DNA from: Gammaproteobacteria bacterium
GTDB lineage: Bacteria; Pseudomonadota; Gammaproteobacteria; SZUA-140
Length of the DNA: 64,000 bases
Assembly: GCA_016218365.1 (NCBI GenBank)
Contig: JACREF010000005.1
Location: forward strand, 130-64,129
Reading direction: 5' to 3'
Part shown: positions 30,299 to 40,001 of the stretch, in pieces
Layout of the letters: each line of letters begins with the position of its first letter
Numbering within the stretch: position 1 is the first letter of the stretch
Position numbers and translations under genes: made by a program
The notes under the pieces: model-generated
The model's database searches: none
Seen by the model: only the letters and a program-made list of their open reading frames with translations
Told to the model about the DNA's origin: nothing

Positions 30299-32206
30299 AT
30301 GGCGTTGCTGACGCTGCGCAACGTCACGCTGTCGTTCGGCGGCGCGCCCTTGCTCAACGGCGTCAGCTTCAGCATCGAACGCGGCGAACGGGTGTGTCTG
30401 GTCGGCAGCAACGGCAGCGGTAAATCGACGCTGCTGCGGCTGATCAACGGTGAACACTATGCCGAGGACGGCGAGCTGATCATCGAATCCGGCGCCGTCA
30501 TTGCCTCGCTACCACAGGATGTGCCCGGCGACCTCGATGGCCCGGTGTTCGACATCGTCGCCAGCGGCCTCGGTGCCGCCGGCCAGCTGCTCGCCGACTA
30601 TGATCACGCAGTGCAGCGCCTGACTGAAAATCACGACGACCCGAAACGCATCGACGAACTGGCGCGCATCCAGCACCAGCTCGAGGCCTGCAACGGCTGG
30701 CAGCTGCAGCAGCGCGTCGACACCGTGTTGTCGAAACTGAAACTCGACGGTCACCAGCCGTTCTCCGGCCTGTCCGGCGGCATGAAGCGCCGCATCCTGC
30801 TGGCGCGCGCACTGGTCAACGAACCGGACCTGCTGCTGCTCGATGAACCGACCAACCACCTCGACATCGAGAACATCCTGTGGCTCGAGGAGTTCCTCAG
30901 CACCTTCACCCAGGCGCTGCTGTTCATCAGCCATGACCGCTCGTTCATCCGCCGGCTGGCGACCCGCGTGCTCGATCTCGACCGCGGCCGCGTCACCGAC
31001 TGGCGCGAGACCTTTGACCAGTATCTGGAACACAAACAGCAGGCGCTGGACAACGAGGCGGTGCAGCGCCGTGAATTCGACAAGCGGCTGGCGCAGGAAG
31101 AGGTGTGGATCCGTCAGGGCGTCAAGGCGCGCCGTACCCGCAACGAGGGCCGGGTGCGCGCACTGGAGCAGATGCGCGAGCAATACCGCGAACGCCAGGA
31201 ACGCAGCGGCAAGGCGACGATCGTGCTCGATGATGCGCAGCGCTCCGGCAAGCTGGTGGTCGAGGCCACCAATATCTCGCACGCCTTTGGCGGCAAGGTC
31301 ATCTGCCGCGGGTTCAGCACCACGATCCTGCGCGGTGACCGCATCGGCCTGATCGGCCCCAACGGCGTCGGCAAGTCGACCTTGATCAATATCCTGCTCG
31401 GCTATCTGACCCCGGACAGCGGCACGGTCAAACTCGGTACCAACCTCGAGATCGCCTATTTCGACCAGCTGCGCGCCCAGCTCGATGAAAATGCCACCGT
31501 CATCGACAATGTCGGTGGCGGCAGCACCTCGGTCACCATCAACGGCCAGCCCAAACACATCATCGGTTATCTGCAGGACTTTTTGTTCACGCCGGCGCGT
31601 GCCCGCACCCCGGTGCGCGCCCTGTCCGGCGGTGAACGCAACCGGCTGCTGCTGGCCAAGCTGTTCACCAAACCGGCCAACCTGCTGGTGATGGACGAGC
31701 CGACCAATGACCTCGACATCGAGACGCTGGAGTTGCTCGAAGAACTGCTGCTCGATTTCTCCGGCACGCTGCTGCTGGTCAGCCATGACCGCGCCTTCCT
31801 GAACAACGTCGTCACCAGCACACTGGCCTTCGAGGGCGACGGCGTGATCCGCGAATACGTCGGCAATCATGACGACTGGCTGCGCCAGCGCGCCGTCGCC
31901 AGCGTATCAGTGGCCAATAGCGCACCGGTCAGCACCGCCGCGGTGCCCGCAGCCAACAAGACCCCGGCGCCGGCCAAACGCGCCAAGCTCAGCTTCAAGG
32001 AACAACAGGAATTGACCACGCTGCCCAAGCAGCTCGAAGAACTGGAGTCGCAGTTGCAGACGCTGACCACGCGCATCAATGACCCGGCCTTCTACAAACA
32101 GCCGCAATCCGAGATCAGCCAGGCACAGCACCAGCTGAGCGAGCTGCAGCACACGCTGGCGCGCAGCTACCAGCGCTGGGAAGCACTGGAACAAAAGGCC
32201 GGTTAA
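30299..32206 (+). CDS. uup: ABC-F family ATPase (Uup-like), two ABC domains + C-terminal coiled coil
   Basis: Two Walker A (GSNGSGKST, GPNGVGKST), two signatures (LSGGMKRR, LSGGERNR), charged linker, 635 aa. Confidence 0.9.
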   Translation: MALLTLRNVTLSFGGAPLLNGVSFSIERGERVCLVGSNGSGKSTLLRLINGEHYAEDGELIIESGAVIASLPQDVPGDLDGPVFDIVASGLGAAGQLLADYDHAVQRLTENHDDPKRIDELARIQHQLEACNGWQLQQRVDTVLSKLKLDGHQPFSGLSGGMKRRILLARALVNEPDLLLLDEPTNHLDIENILWLEEFLSTFTQALLFISHDRSFIRRLATRVLDLDRGRVTDWRETFDQYLEHKQQALDNEAVQRREFDKRLAQEEVWIRQGVKARRTRNEGRVRALEQMREQYRERQERSGKATIVLDDAQRSGKLVVEATNISHAFGGKVICRGFSTTILRGDRIGLIGPNGVGKSTLINILLGYLTPDSGTVKLGTNLEIAYFDQLRAQLDENATVIDNVGGGSTSVTINGQPKHIIGYLQDFLFTPARARTPVRALSGGERNRLLLAKLFTKPANLLVMDEPTNDLDIETLELLEELLLDFSGTLLLVSHDRAFLNNVVTSTLAFEGDGVIREYVGNHDDWLRQRAVASVSVANSAPVSTAAVPAANKTPAPAKRAKLSFKEQQELTTLPKQLEELESQLQTLTTRINDPAFYKQPQSEISQAQHQLSELQHTLARSYQRWEALEQKAG

Positions 32207-32362
32207 TAACATAGTCCGTAGGTTGGGCCGAGGTACGAGGCCCAACGTTGCCGGATCACAACGAGCACATGATTTGTTGAGGTGTCGATTTCGATTTGAA
32301 AAAAATGTTGGGCTTCGCATAAACCGCTCAACCCAACCTACCAAATCGCCAATACTGTAACC

Positions 32363-33217
32363 ATGATCGACACCAAACACGACTGGACCCCCGACTTCCT
32401 GTCAGCATGCCCGAAGCTGTTCGCACCCATCACATCGGTAGCGGCGTTACTGACCGCCGCTCACCGCACACATTGGCCGACGCTCACCGACTATCAAACA
32501 CTGCTCGATCACTACGGCCAGGCACCCCACACCGCCTCTGGCGCCGCGATCCGCTTCGTCGCACAGGGCGCCAGACCAAGCAGCCTTGCCGATCACTACG
32601 AACCCCGCATCTTTCTGCGCGGCGAGGTGCAGACCCGCACAGACAACTGGCACGACTTGTTCCAGGTCTTGATCTGGACGCTGTTCCCGCAGACCAAGCT
32701 CATACTGAACGCACTGCACTACCACGCCGCGCATCAAAGACATCAGATAGATCTGGCCAACACCCGCCGCACGCCGCTGGAGAATGCATTAACCTTGTTC
32801 GATGAATGCGGCGCGATGATCCTGTCGTCCGACCCTGCGCTGCTGCAACTGATCCGCGACTTTCGCTGGAAAGAATTATTCTGGCACAGACGCCGCGATG
32901 TTCAGACACAGCTGCGCTGCATCGTCTTTGGTCATGCGCTGTATGAAAAGGCGCTGACTCCCTATCCCGGCATGACGGCGCAGGCGCTGCTGTTTGATGT
33001 CGATGAGCAGCGGATCACGGCGCCCATCGATGAGCAGATCGCGCTGAGCGATGCCCTCGCCCGCCAATTCCTGGATGACCGTCAGCACACGCTGACACCG
33101 CGCCGGCTGCAGCCATTCCCGCTGCTCGGCATGCCGGGCTGGACCGTGGACAATCATGAGGCCAGCTATTACGACGACACCCGCCACTTCCGGCCGGGCC
33201 GCACGCTCAAACCATAA
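32363..33217 (+). CDS. DUF3025-domain protein
   Basis: 284 aa; C-terminal FPLLGMPGW motif characteristic of DUF3025. Confidence 0.6.
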   Translation: MIDTKHDWTPDFLSACPKLFAPITSVAALLTAAHRTHWPTLTDYQTLLDHYGQAPHTASGAAIRFVAQGARPSSLADHYEPRIFLRGEVQTRTDNWHDLFQVLIWTLFPQTKLILNALHYHAAHQRHQIDLANTRRTPLENALTLFDECGAMILSSDPALLQLIRDFRWKELFWHRRRDVQTQLRCIVFGHALYEKALTPYPGMTAQALLFDVDEQRITAPIDEQIALSDALARQFLDDRQHTLTPRRLQPFPLLGMPGWTVDNHEASYYDDTRHFRPGRTLKP

Positions 33218-33707
33218 TCCGCCCCCCGCGTTTCATAGCAAATCCATATTAAAACAACATCGTGGCACAGGCTGCGTGGCAACCATGCCCCTGTCAGCCC
33301 AGCAGATGGATCCATCCTATCGAATGGCTGGCGAATGGCTGGCCAGGCCTGGAAACCAGCAGAAAAAATACCCCCAGTTACTTGATCCATATAGACATTA
33401 TGGGTTTTTAGCTGTATATTCCCTGTGGTAATTAAGCAGCACAGTCCTTCCGCAGCATGCAATCGCTACAGGTGGCTGGCCCCTGATTTCCGATACCTGC
33501 GGCAGGCGTTGCGCAAGAGGAGACATGCAAGCTGCGCGTCCAGACATCAGACGCGGCACATGTCGAGCTATATGCATAATTTATAAAACCTCCCTGTTTT
33601 ATAAACCGGTGCCCCTATAGTCCGCTCCACAACACCCGTGCTCACAGCGTGGCACCGGTCAGATTTTGTTTGATGAATTGTTAATAAGTTAAGAGGAGTA
33701 CACAGCA
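33218..33707 (+). promoter_or_regulatory. AT-rich ~490-bp leader upstream of cbbM (expected cbb promoter/operator region); RBS AAGAGGAG 8 nt before ATG
   Basis: Sharp GC drop, multiple A/T tracts (TATAATTTATAAAACC), strong SD; no LysR-type cbbR gene divergently adjacent. Confidence 0.4.
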
Positions 33708-35087
33708 ATGGATCAATCCAATCGTTATGCCAATCTGGACCTGAAAGAGGCCGATCTGATCAAGGGCGGCAAGCATATCCTGGTCGCCTACAAAATGAAG
33801 CCCAAGGCCGGCTATGGCTATCTGGAAGCCGCCGCCCACTTCGCCGCCGAATCCTCCACCGGCACCAATGTGGAAGTGAGCACCACCGATGACTTCACCA
33901 AGGGCGTGGACGCGCTGGTGTATCACATCGATGAAGCCACCGAAGACATGCGCATCGCCTATCCGATTGAGCTGTTCGACCGCAACCTGACCGATGGCCG
34001 CTTCATGCTGGTATCGTTCCTGACGCTGGCGATCGGCAACAACCAGGGCATGGGTGATATCGAGCACGCCAAGATGATCGACTTCTACGTGCCTGAGCGC
34101 GCGATCCAGATGTTCGATGGCCCGGCCACCGACATCTCCAACCTGTGGCGCATCCTGGGTCGTCCGGTCAAGGACGGCGGCTATATCTCCGGCACCATCA
34201 TCAAGCCCAAGCTGGGCCTGCGTCCCGAGCCGTTCGCCAAGGCCGCCTACCAGTTCTGGCTCGGTGGCGATTTCATCAAGAACGACGAACCCCAGGGTAA
34301 CCAGGTGTTCTGCCCGCTGAAGAAAGTGCTGCCGCTGGTTTATGATGCCATGAAGCGCGCCCAGGACGAAACCGGCCAGGCCAAACTGTTCTCGCTGAAC
34401 ATCACCGCGGATGACCACTACGAGATGTGCGCCCGCGCCGACTACGGTCTCGAAGTCTTCGGGCCCGATGCCGACAAGCTGGCGTTCCTGGTAGACGGTT
34501 ATGTAGGCGGCCCCGGCATGGTGACCACCGCCCGCCGTCAATACCCCGGCCAGTACCTGCATTATCATCGCGCCGGCCACGGTGCCGTGACCTCGCCTTC
34601 GGCCAAGCGCGGCTACACCGCATTCGTGCTGTCGAAGATGAGCCGTCTGCAAGGTGCCTCCGGTATCCATGTTGGCACCATGGGCTTCGGCAAGATGGAA
34701 GGTGAAGGCGATGACCGCAACATCGCGTACATGATTGAGCGCGACGAGTGCCAGGGTCCGGTGTATTTCCAGAAGTGGTATGGCATGAAGCCGACCACCC
34801 CGATCATCTCCGGCGGCATGAATGCACTGCGCCTGCCAGGCTTCTTCGAAAACCTGGGCCACGGCAACGTGATCAACACCGCCGGCGGTGGTTCCTATGG
34901 CCATATCGACAGCCCGGCGGCCGGTGCGATCTCGCTGCGCCAGGCCTATGAATGCTGGAAGTCCGGTGCCGATCCGATCAAGTTCGCGAAGGAACACCGG
35001 GAATTTGCCCGTGCGTTCGAATCCTTCCCGAAAGATGCGGATATGCTGTTCCCGGGCTGGCGTGAAAAGCTGGGCGTACACAAGTAA
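33708..35087 (+). CDS. cbbM: Ribulose-1,5-bisphosphate carboxylase/oxygenase form II large subunit
   Basis: 459 aa; near-canonical form II sequence ([14 protein letters not shown]..., [14 protein letters not shown], active-site Lys region). Confidence 0.97.
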   Translation: MDQSNRYANLDLKEADLIKGGKHILVAYKMKPKAGYGYLEAAAHFAAESSTGTNVEVSTTDDFTKGVDALVYHIDEATEDMRIAYPIELFDRNLTDGRFMLVSFLTLAIGNNQGMGDIEHAKMIDFYVPERAIQMFDGPATDISNLWRILGRPVKDGGYISGTIIKPKLGLRPEPFAKAAYQFWLGGDFIKNDEPQGNQVFCPLKKVLPLVYDAMKRAQDETGQAKLFSLNITADDHYEMCARADYGLEVFGPDADKLAFLVDGYVGGPGMVTTARRQYPGQYLHYHRAGHGAVTSPSAKRGYTAFVLSKMSRLQGASGIHVGTMGFGKMEGEGDDRNIAYMIERDECQGPVYFQKWYGMKPTTPIISGGMNALRLPGFFENLGHGNVINTAGGGSYGHIDSPAAGAISLRQAYECWKSGADPIKFAKEHREFARAFESFPKDADMLFPGWREKLGVHK

Positions 35088-35107
35088 GCCCAGGCTGTAT
35101 CCAGGCA

Positions 35108-35146
35108 GTAACGACACGCCCCCACCCTGCTGGGGGCGTTTTTTTC
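35108..35146 (+). terminator. Rho-independent terminator after cbbM (ACGCCCCCACCCTGCTGGGGGCGTTTTTTT)
   Basis: 8-bp GC stem + T7 run directly downstream of cbbM stop. Confidence 0.7.
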
Positions 35147-35200
35147 CAGGCATGGCGCGGTCACGCAACCGCAGACAAAAGCCGGACGAAGGAGTCAACA

Positions 35201-36004
35201 ATGGACAATACAGACCAGTACAAGGTTCACAAGGAACCGTTCTATCAGGCGCAGGGTGATGAGGTGGCCTTGTACCAGGCAGCCTACAAGGCGCGTTTGC
35301 CAGTGATGGTCAAGGGCCCGACCGGTTGCGGCAAATCGCGCTTCATAGAATACATGGCCTGGAAACTCGGCAAGCCGCTGATCACCGTGGCCTGCAATGA
35401 AGACATGACCGCCAGCGATCTGGTCGGACGCTATTTACTCGATGCCGGTGGCACCCGCTGGCTGGACGGCCCGCTGACCACCGCGGCGCGCATTGGCGCG
35501 ATCTGTTATCTGGATGAAGTGGTCGAGGCGCGGCAGGATACCACCGTGGTCATCCATCCGCTGACCGATCATCGTCGCACCCTGCCGCTGGACAAGAAGG
35601 GCGAGCTGATCACCGCCCATCCCGATTTTCAGCTGGTGATCTCCTACAACCCGGGTTACCAAAACCTGATGAAGGAGCTGAAGCAATCCACCAAGCAACG
35701 CTTCACCGCGCTGGATTTCGATTATCCCGCGGCCAGTGTCGAGGCCGAGATCCTCAGCAAGGAGGCCGGCATCGAGCCCGGTCTGGCGGCGCAACTGGTC
35801 AAGATCGGTCAGGCCGCCCGCAACCTCAAGGGACACGGCCTCGATGAAGGGATCTCGACCCGGCTGCTGGTCTATGCCGCCACGCTGATTCAACAGGGTG
35901 TTTCCCCCAAGGCGGCCTGCCGCATGGCGCTGGTGCGCCCGATCACCGATGACGCGGACATCCGCGACACCCTCGACCACACCATTGACGTGACCTTTGC
36001 CTAG
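35201..36004 (+). CDS. cbbQ: RuBisCO activase CbbQ (AAA+ MoxR-class ATPase)
   Basis: 267 aa; Walker A GPTGCGKS, typical CbbQ/NirQ/NorQ collinearity; RBS AAGGAG. Confidence 0.95.
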   Translation: MDNTDQYKVHKEPFYQAQGDEVALYQAAYKARLPVMVKGPTGCGKSRFIEYMAWKLGKPLITVACNEDMTASDLVGRYLLDAGGTRWLDGPLTTAARIGAICYLDEVVEARQDTTVVIHPLTDHRRTLPLDKKGELITAHPDFQLVISYNPGYQNLMKELKQSTKQRFTALDFDYPAASVEAEILSKEAGIEPGLAAQLVKIGQAARNLKGHGLDEGISTRLLVYAATLIQQGVSPKAACRMALVRPITDDADIRDTLDHTIDVTFA

Positions 36005-36006
36005 GC

Positions 36007-38271
36007 ATGACCACAGCGACTGTCGCCATGCCGGAAGCGCTGCAATCCCACTGGGAGGCATTGGGCTGCGGCTTTCCGCGAGTGGCCGAGGTGTTCCCGG
36101 ACTGCATGCGCGCCGCACAGACAGCACTCTCCGCCGAGGGCGTGACGGCCTACATCGAGCAGGCACGTTTTCTGGGCAAGATGGGACGCGGCGCCGAACC
36201 GATTCTGATCTTTCTCGAGGAATGGCCGGAGATTGCCCGGCTGGTGGGCGAACAGGTGCTGCCCGACATCATGAACTTCATCCGCCGGATGTCGAAGTCG
36301 CCCAATGGCAAGGCGATCACGCCCTTTCTGCAATCCCTGCCCGCCACCGCACGCCGGCTGCATTCACATGAACAGCTACGGGATTATCTCGCCATCGCCT
36401 TGGATTTGATGGAGCGCACCACCAGCTCGGTGCACGGCATCCATCAGACCTTTGCCAGCCCCGGCCTGCCGGAACTGTTCAAAAAGACGCCGGAATTGCT
36501 GGCGCAGCTGTCATTGGGCGGCCTGAAAAAATGGATGGAGTACGGGGCGCGCTATTACCACGACCATCCGGAGCGTCAGATCGATTATTTCAGCCTGCAA
36601 TCGGCCGACAGCCGCGCAGTACTGCAGCGTGAACGCCACGGCACCCTGCTGGCGGACAATGAACGCAGCTTGAGCCTGTACCTGCGTGGCCTGTGGCAGG
36701 ACGAGGACATGCTGATCCCGTATTCCAGCGCCTTCGATGAACTGCGCAAGCCGGTGCCCTATTACGACAAGCTCGGCATCCGCCTGCCGGATGTCTATGA
36801 TGACGCCCACGGCGTGACTGGACTGGATCGTTACCGCGCCACGCTGGCACACATGGTCGGTCATCGGCGCTGGACCACGGCCATCATTGCCGACAATCTG
36901 AGCCCGTTTCAACGCATGGCGGCGGAGTTCTTCGAGGACAGTCGCGTCGAGCATCTGGCAATGCGGGAGTATCCGGGCCTGCGCCGCCTGTTCATGGCGC
37001 TGCATCCGCTCCCGGCTGAAGATGCCTGCGATCCCGAAAAGGAATCCGGCGTGCGCCACCGCCTCACCATGGCGTCGCGGGCGATACTTGACCCCGGCCA
37101 TCCCTACCGGAACCCGCATATCATCGAGTTTGCACAACGCTTTCACCAGCTCATGGCCCAGGGTGATGCCAGCACCCAGGAGATCTGCGATCTGGCGGTC
37201 TCCTTTGTCGCACGCACCCGCCGCCAAAGCGATCAACTGGCCAGCATCCATTTCAAGGACACGGTCATCGACTACCGGGATGACAACCGCCAGATGTGGA
37301 AATTCATCGAACAGGGTGACGAGGAAGAGGCCTTCGATGAACCGCGCAAGATCGAACCTGGCGAGGAACTCAAAGGGCTGCCGCCACGGCATTATCATGA
37401 ATGGGATTACCATGCCCGGAGCTACCGCCCGGACTGGGTCAGCGTGTATGAAGGGCTGCACCCCTCGGGTGACCCGGCATATATCGACCGATTGTTGGCC
37501 AAACACGCCGCGCTGGCGAAGCACCTGAAAAAGATGCTGGACCTGCTCAAGCCGCAGGACAAGGTGCGTATCCGCTACCAGGAGGACGGCAGCGATCTCG
37601 ATCTGGATGTGGCGCTGCGTTCGCTGATCGACTACAAGAGCGGCGCCCAGCCCGACCCGCGCATCAACATGAGCCACTGCAATAACGGCCGCAATATCGC
37701 GGTGATGCTGCTGCTGGACCTGTCAGAATCGCTGAACGAACAGGCGGCCGGCTGTGACCAGACCATCCTGGAGCTGAGCCAGGAGGCGGTATCGCTGCTG
37801 GCCTGGGCGATAGAAAAGCTGGGTGATCCCTTTGCCATCGCCGGCTTTCATTCCAACACCCGCCATGATGTGCGCTACCTGCATATCAAGGGCTACAGTG
37901 AACACTGGGGCGACGAGACCAAGGGGCGGCTGGCAGCCATGCAGGCCAGTTACTCCACGCGCATGGGCGCGGCGATGCGCCACGCTGCGCATTATCTGGC
38001 GAGACAGCAGACCGATAAAAAACTGATGCTGATCCTCACCGATGGCGAACCGGCGGACATCGACAGCAAGGACGGCCGCATCCTGATCGAGGATGCACGC
38101 CAGGCGGTCACGGAACTGGATCAACAGGGCATATACTCATTCTGCATCAACCTCGACCCCAAGGCCGATGAGTATGTCGCGGACATCTTCGGCAATCACT
38201 ATGCCGTCATCGATCACGTGGCATCACTGCCGGAAAAGTTACCGCAACTCTTCATATCACTGACGAAATAA
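36007..38271 (+). CDS. cbbO: RuBisCO activation protein CbbO (C-terminal von Willebrand factor A domain)
   Basis: 754 aa; C-terminal VWA with MIDAS (LLLDLSESL... TDGEP), immediately downstream of cbbQ. Confidence 0.9.
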   Translation: MTTATVAMPEALQSHWEALGCGFPRVAEVFPDCMRAAQTALSAEGVTAYIEQARFLGKMGRGAEPILIFLEEWPEIARLVGEQVLPDIMNFIRRMSKSPNGKAITPFLQSLPATARRLHSHEQLRDYLAIALDLMERTTSSVHGIHQTFASPGLPELFKKTPELLAQLSLGGLKKWMEYGARYYHDHPERQIDYFSLQSADSRAVLQRERHGTLLADNERSLSLYLRGLWQDEDMLIPYSSAFDELRKPVPYYDKLGIRLPDVYDDAHGVTGLDRYRATLAHMVGHRRWTTAIIADNLSPFQRMAAEFFEDSRVEHLAMREYPGLRRLFMALHPLPAEDACDPEKESGVRHRLTMASRAILDPGHPYRNPHIIEFAQRFHQLMAQGDASTQEICDLAVSFVARTRRQSDQLASIHFKDTVIDYRDDNRQMWKFIEQGDEEEAFDEPRKIEPGEELKGLPPRHYHEWDYHARSYRPDWVSVYEGLHPSGDPAYIDRLLAKHAALAKHLKKMLDLLKPQDKVRIRYQEDGSDLDLDVALRSLIDYKSGAQPDPRINMSHCNNGRNIAVMLLLDLSESLNEQAAGCDQTILELSQEAVSLLAWAIEKLGDPFAIAGFHSNTRHDVRYLHIKGYSEHWGDETKGRLAAMQASYSTRMGAAMRHAAHYLARQQTDKKLMLILTDGEPADIDSKDGRILIEDARQAVTELDQQGIYSFCINLDPKADEYVADIFGNHYAVIDHVASLPEKLPQLFISLTK

Positions 38272-38274
38272 TTC

Positions 38275-38525
38275 TAATTGGGGTCAGAGTAAAAACTCTC
38301 TGGCTACTAATTTTGGTCAGAGTAGCGGGTAGCCTGGGTTGAGCGACAGCGAAACCCGGGTTTCACTCCGTTCAACCCAGGCTACCTCCTATCAAAAACA
38401 CTTAAGTAAGTACCATTCGGGTCAGAGTAAAAACTCTCTATACTATTCCGTTAGCGGAGGCGATGTTAGAAAAGTTTTTACTCCAATTTAACCCCAATTT
38501 ACCATTTACAATTTACCAATTTACG
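38275..38525. mobile_element. MITE-like element, family 1 (copy 1): terminal inverted repeats GGGGTCAGAGTAAAAACTCT.../...AGAGTTTTTACTC, internal long hairpin GGTAGCCTGGGTTGAGCGACAGCGAAACCCGGGTTTCACTCCGTTCAACCCAGGCTACC
   Basis: Direct reading; near-identical copies at ~42555-42745 and ~54140-54400; related short form ~52545-52650. Confidence 0.7.
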
Positions 38526-39165
38526 CCCTGGCGATGACGACATGCATGGCCAGCTGTGACGGGACATGTTCGACGCATGTATAACCCAGCTTGTTCAAAT
38601 CAATCCCGGTCAGCAGATGTTCACCTTTGCCTAGGATGACTGGGGAGATCGCCAGGTGCATTTCATCGACCAGCCCAAGCGTCAGGTATTGCCGGATCGT
38701 CGCGACGCCGCCGCCCACGCGGACATCCTTGCCCTGTGCAGCTGCCCTGGCCTGTGTCAGTGCCGATTCAATGCCAGCGGTGACGAAATGAAAGGTCGTA
38801 CCCCCCTTCATCTCGATAGAGGGACGAGCGTGATGCGTTAACACATACACTGGACAATGATACGGCGGGTTATCGCCCCACCAGCCCTTCCAGCTGTCAT
38901 CCGGCCACGGACCGCGCACCGGCCCGAACATATTGCGGCCCAGGATCCAGGCGCCGATATTGTCAAAACCGCGGGCGGCAAAGTCTTCATCGACACCGTC
39001 CGCTCCGCCGCCATTGCCAAACATCTGCTGGATGGTCCTGGTGCTAAAGGCCCATTGATGCAGCGCCATGCCGCCGACACCCAAGGGATTATTGATATCC
39101 TGATCAGGCCCTGCCCCGTAGCCATCTATCGAGATGCTAAAGCTTGAGACGCGCAATCTGCCCAT
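38521..39165 (-). CDS. Dihydrofolate-reductase-family protein (RibD C-terminal domain-like)
   Basis: True start MGRLRVSSFSISIDGYGAG ~39165 with RBS AGGAGA; ORF-track 5' extension (to 39627) is non-coding-like and overlaps next gene. Confidence 0.7.
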   Translation of the reverse strand: MGRLRVSSFSISIDGYGAGPDQDINNPLGVGGMALHQWAFSTRTIQQMFGNGGGADGVDEDFAARGFDNIGAWILGRNMFGPVRGPWPDDSWKGWWGDNPPYHCPVYVLTHHARPSIEMKGGTTFHFVTAGIESALTQARAAAQGKDVRVGGGVATIRQYLTLGLVDEMHLAISPVILGKGEHLLTGIDLNKLGYTCVEHVPSQLAMHVVIARA

Positions 39166-39208
39166 AGTGATTCTCCTGTGTATCAACGGGAGACAAGACG
39201 CCCGCTGG

Positions 39209-39655
39209 TCACTCCGGGATCTCTGCCTCGACGAGCTGCGCCAGCAATAGCAGCGATTCCTGCCAGCCGAGGTAACAGGCCTCAGCCGGGATGACCGCAG
39301 GGATGCCTTCCTGCACGATGTCGAGCTCGGTTCCGCACGACACCTGCCTGATCGAGATCGTGGTCCGCATCTCCCCGGGCAGATTCGGGTCATCGAAGCT
39401 GTCGGTGTGGCGGATGCGCTCATTTGGCACCAGCTCAAGATATTCGCCGCCAAACGAGTGTCTGTGACCGGTGGAGAAGTTCGTGAACGACATCTTGTAG
39501 CTGCCGCCGACCCTGGCATCGATATGGTGAACCTTGCCGGTGAAGCCATGCGGCGGCAGCCATTTGGCCATGGCATCGGCATCGAGAAATGCCCGATAGA
39601 CCCGTGCGGGCGTCGCACGCAGAACACGGTGTAGCCTGACAGTGTTTGTGGACAT
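39209..39655 (-). CDS. SRPBCC-superfamily protein (AHSA1/Activator-of-Hsp90-ATPase-like)
   Basis: ~148 aa, ...VYRAFLDADAMAKWLPP...GGSYKMSF... pattern typical of AHSA1-like SRPBCC. Confidence 0.75.
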   Translation of the reverse strand: MSTNTVRLHRVLRATPARVYRAFLDADAMAKWLPPHGFTGKVHHIDARVGGSYKMSFTNFSTGHRHSFGGEYLELVPNERIRHTDSFDDPNLPGEMRTTISIRQVSCGTELDIVQEGIPAVIPAEACYLGWQESLLLLAQLVEAEIPE

Positions 39656-39699
39656 GATCATCCCCTTTGCGCTGTGTGAGGTGGAGAAATTTGAATCTC

Positions 39700-39870
39700 T
39701 AGGGAAGCTCCGATCAATTCAAAAATTACCACAGCCGTCATTCCCGCGAAAGCGGGAATCCAGGTGTTCCAAGTATTTATGGATGCCCGCTGGAGCCTGC
39801 CCTCGACCTCGATCGGGGGCGGGCATGACGACAATTCGAATTAATTCAGAGCTTCCCTGCATTAACACGA
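39700..39870. mobile_element. MITE-like element, family 2 (copy a): TIRs ...CTCTGATTAATTCAAAAATTACCACAG / ...ATTCGAATTAATTCAGAG; internal hairpins GTCATTCCCGCGAAAGCGGGAATCC and GCCCGC-N-GCGGGC
   Basis: Direct reading; copies at ~51775-51900 (truncated), ~63660-63811 (perfect TIRs), fragment ~48478-48548, TIR-only palindromes ~26866-26893 and ~40548-40600. Confidence 0.7.
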
Positions 39871-40001
39871 TCATTTTATTGAATGCAGTGACGCCCAATA
39901 CCGCCGATCAGCTGCGCCGTTATCTTGGCAGCGGCCGACTGGATGTGTTCGACGTTGATGCCAAGGCGTACATATTACGCTGTGCGCGACAGATGGCGTG
40001 C

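Noticed and set aside
33218-33707. Small ORFs 33156-33431(+) and 33169-33462(-) in the cbbM leader
   Set aside because: AT-rich non-coding leader; translations are low-complexity and overlap each other; no RBS
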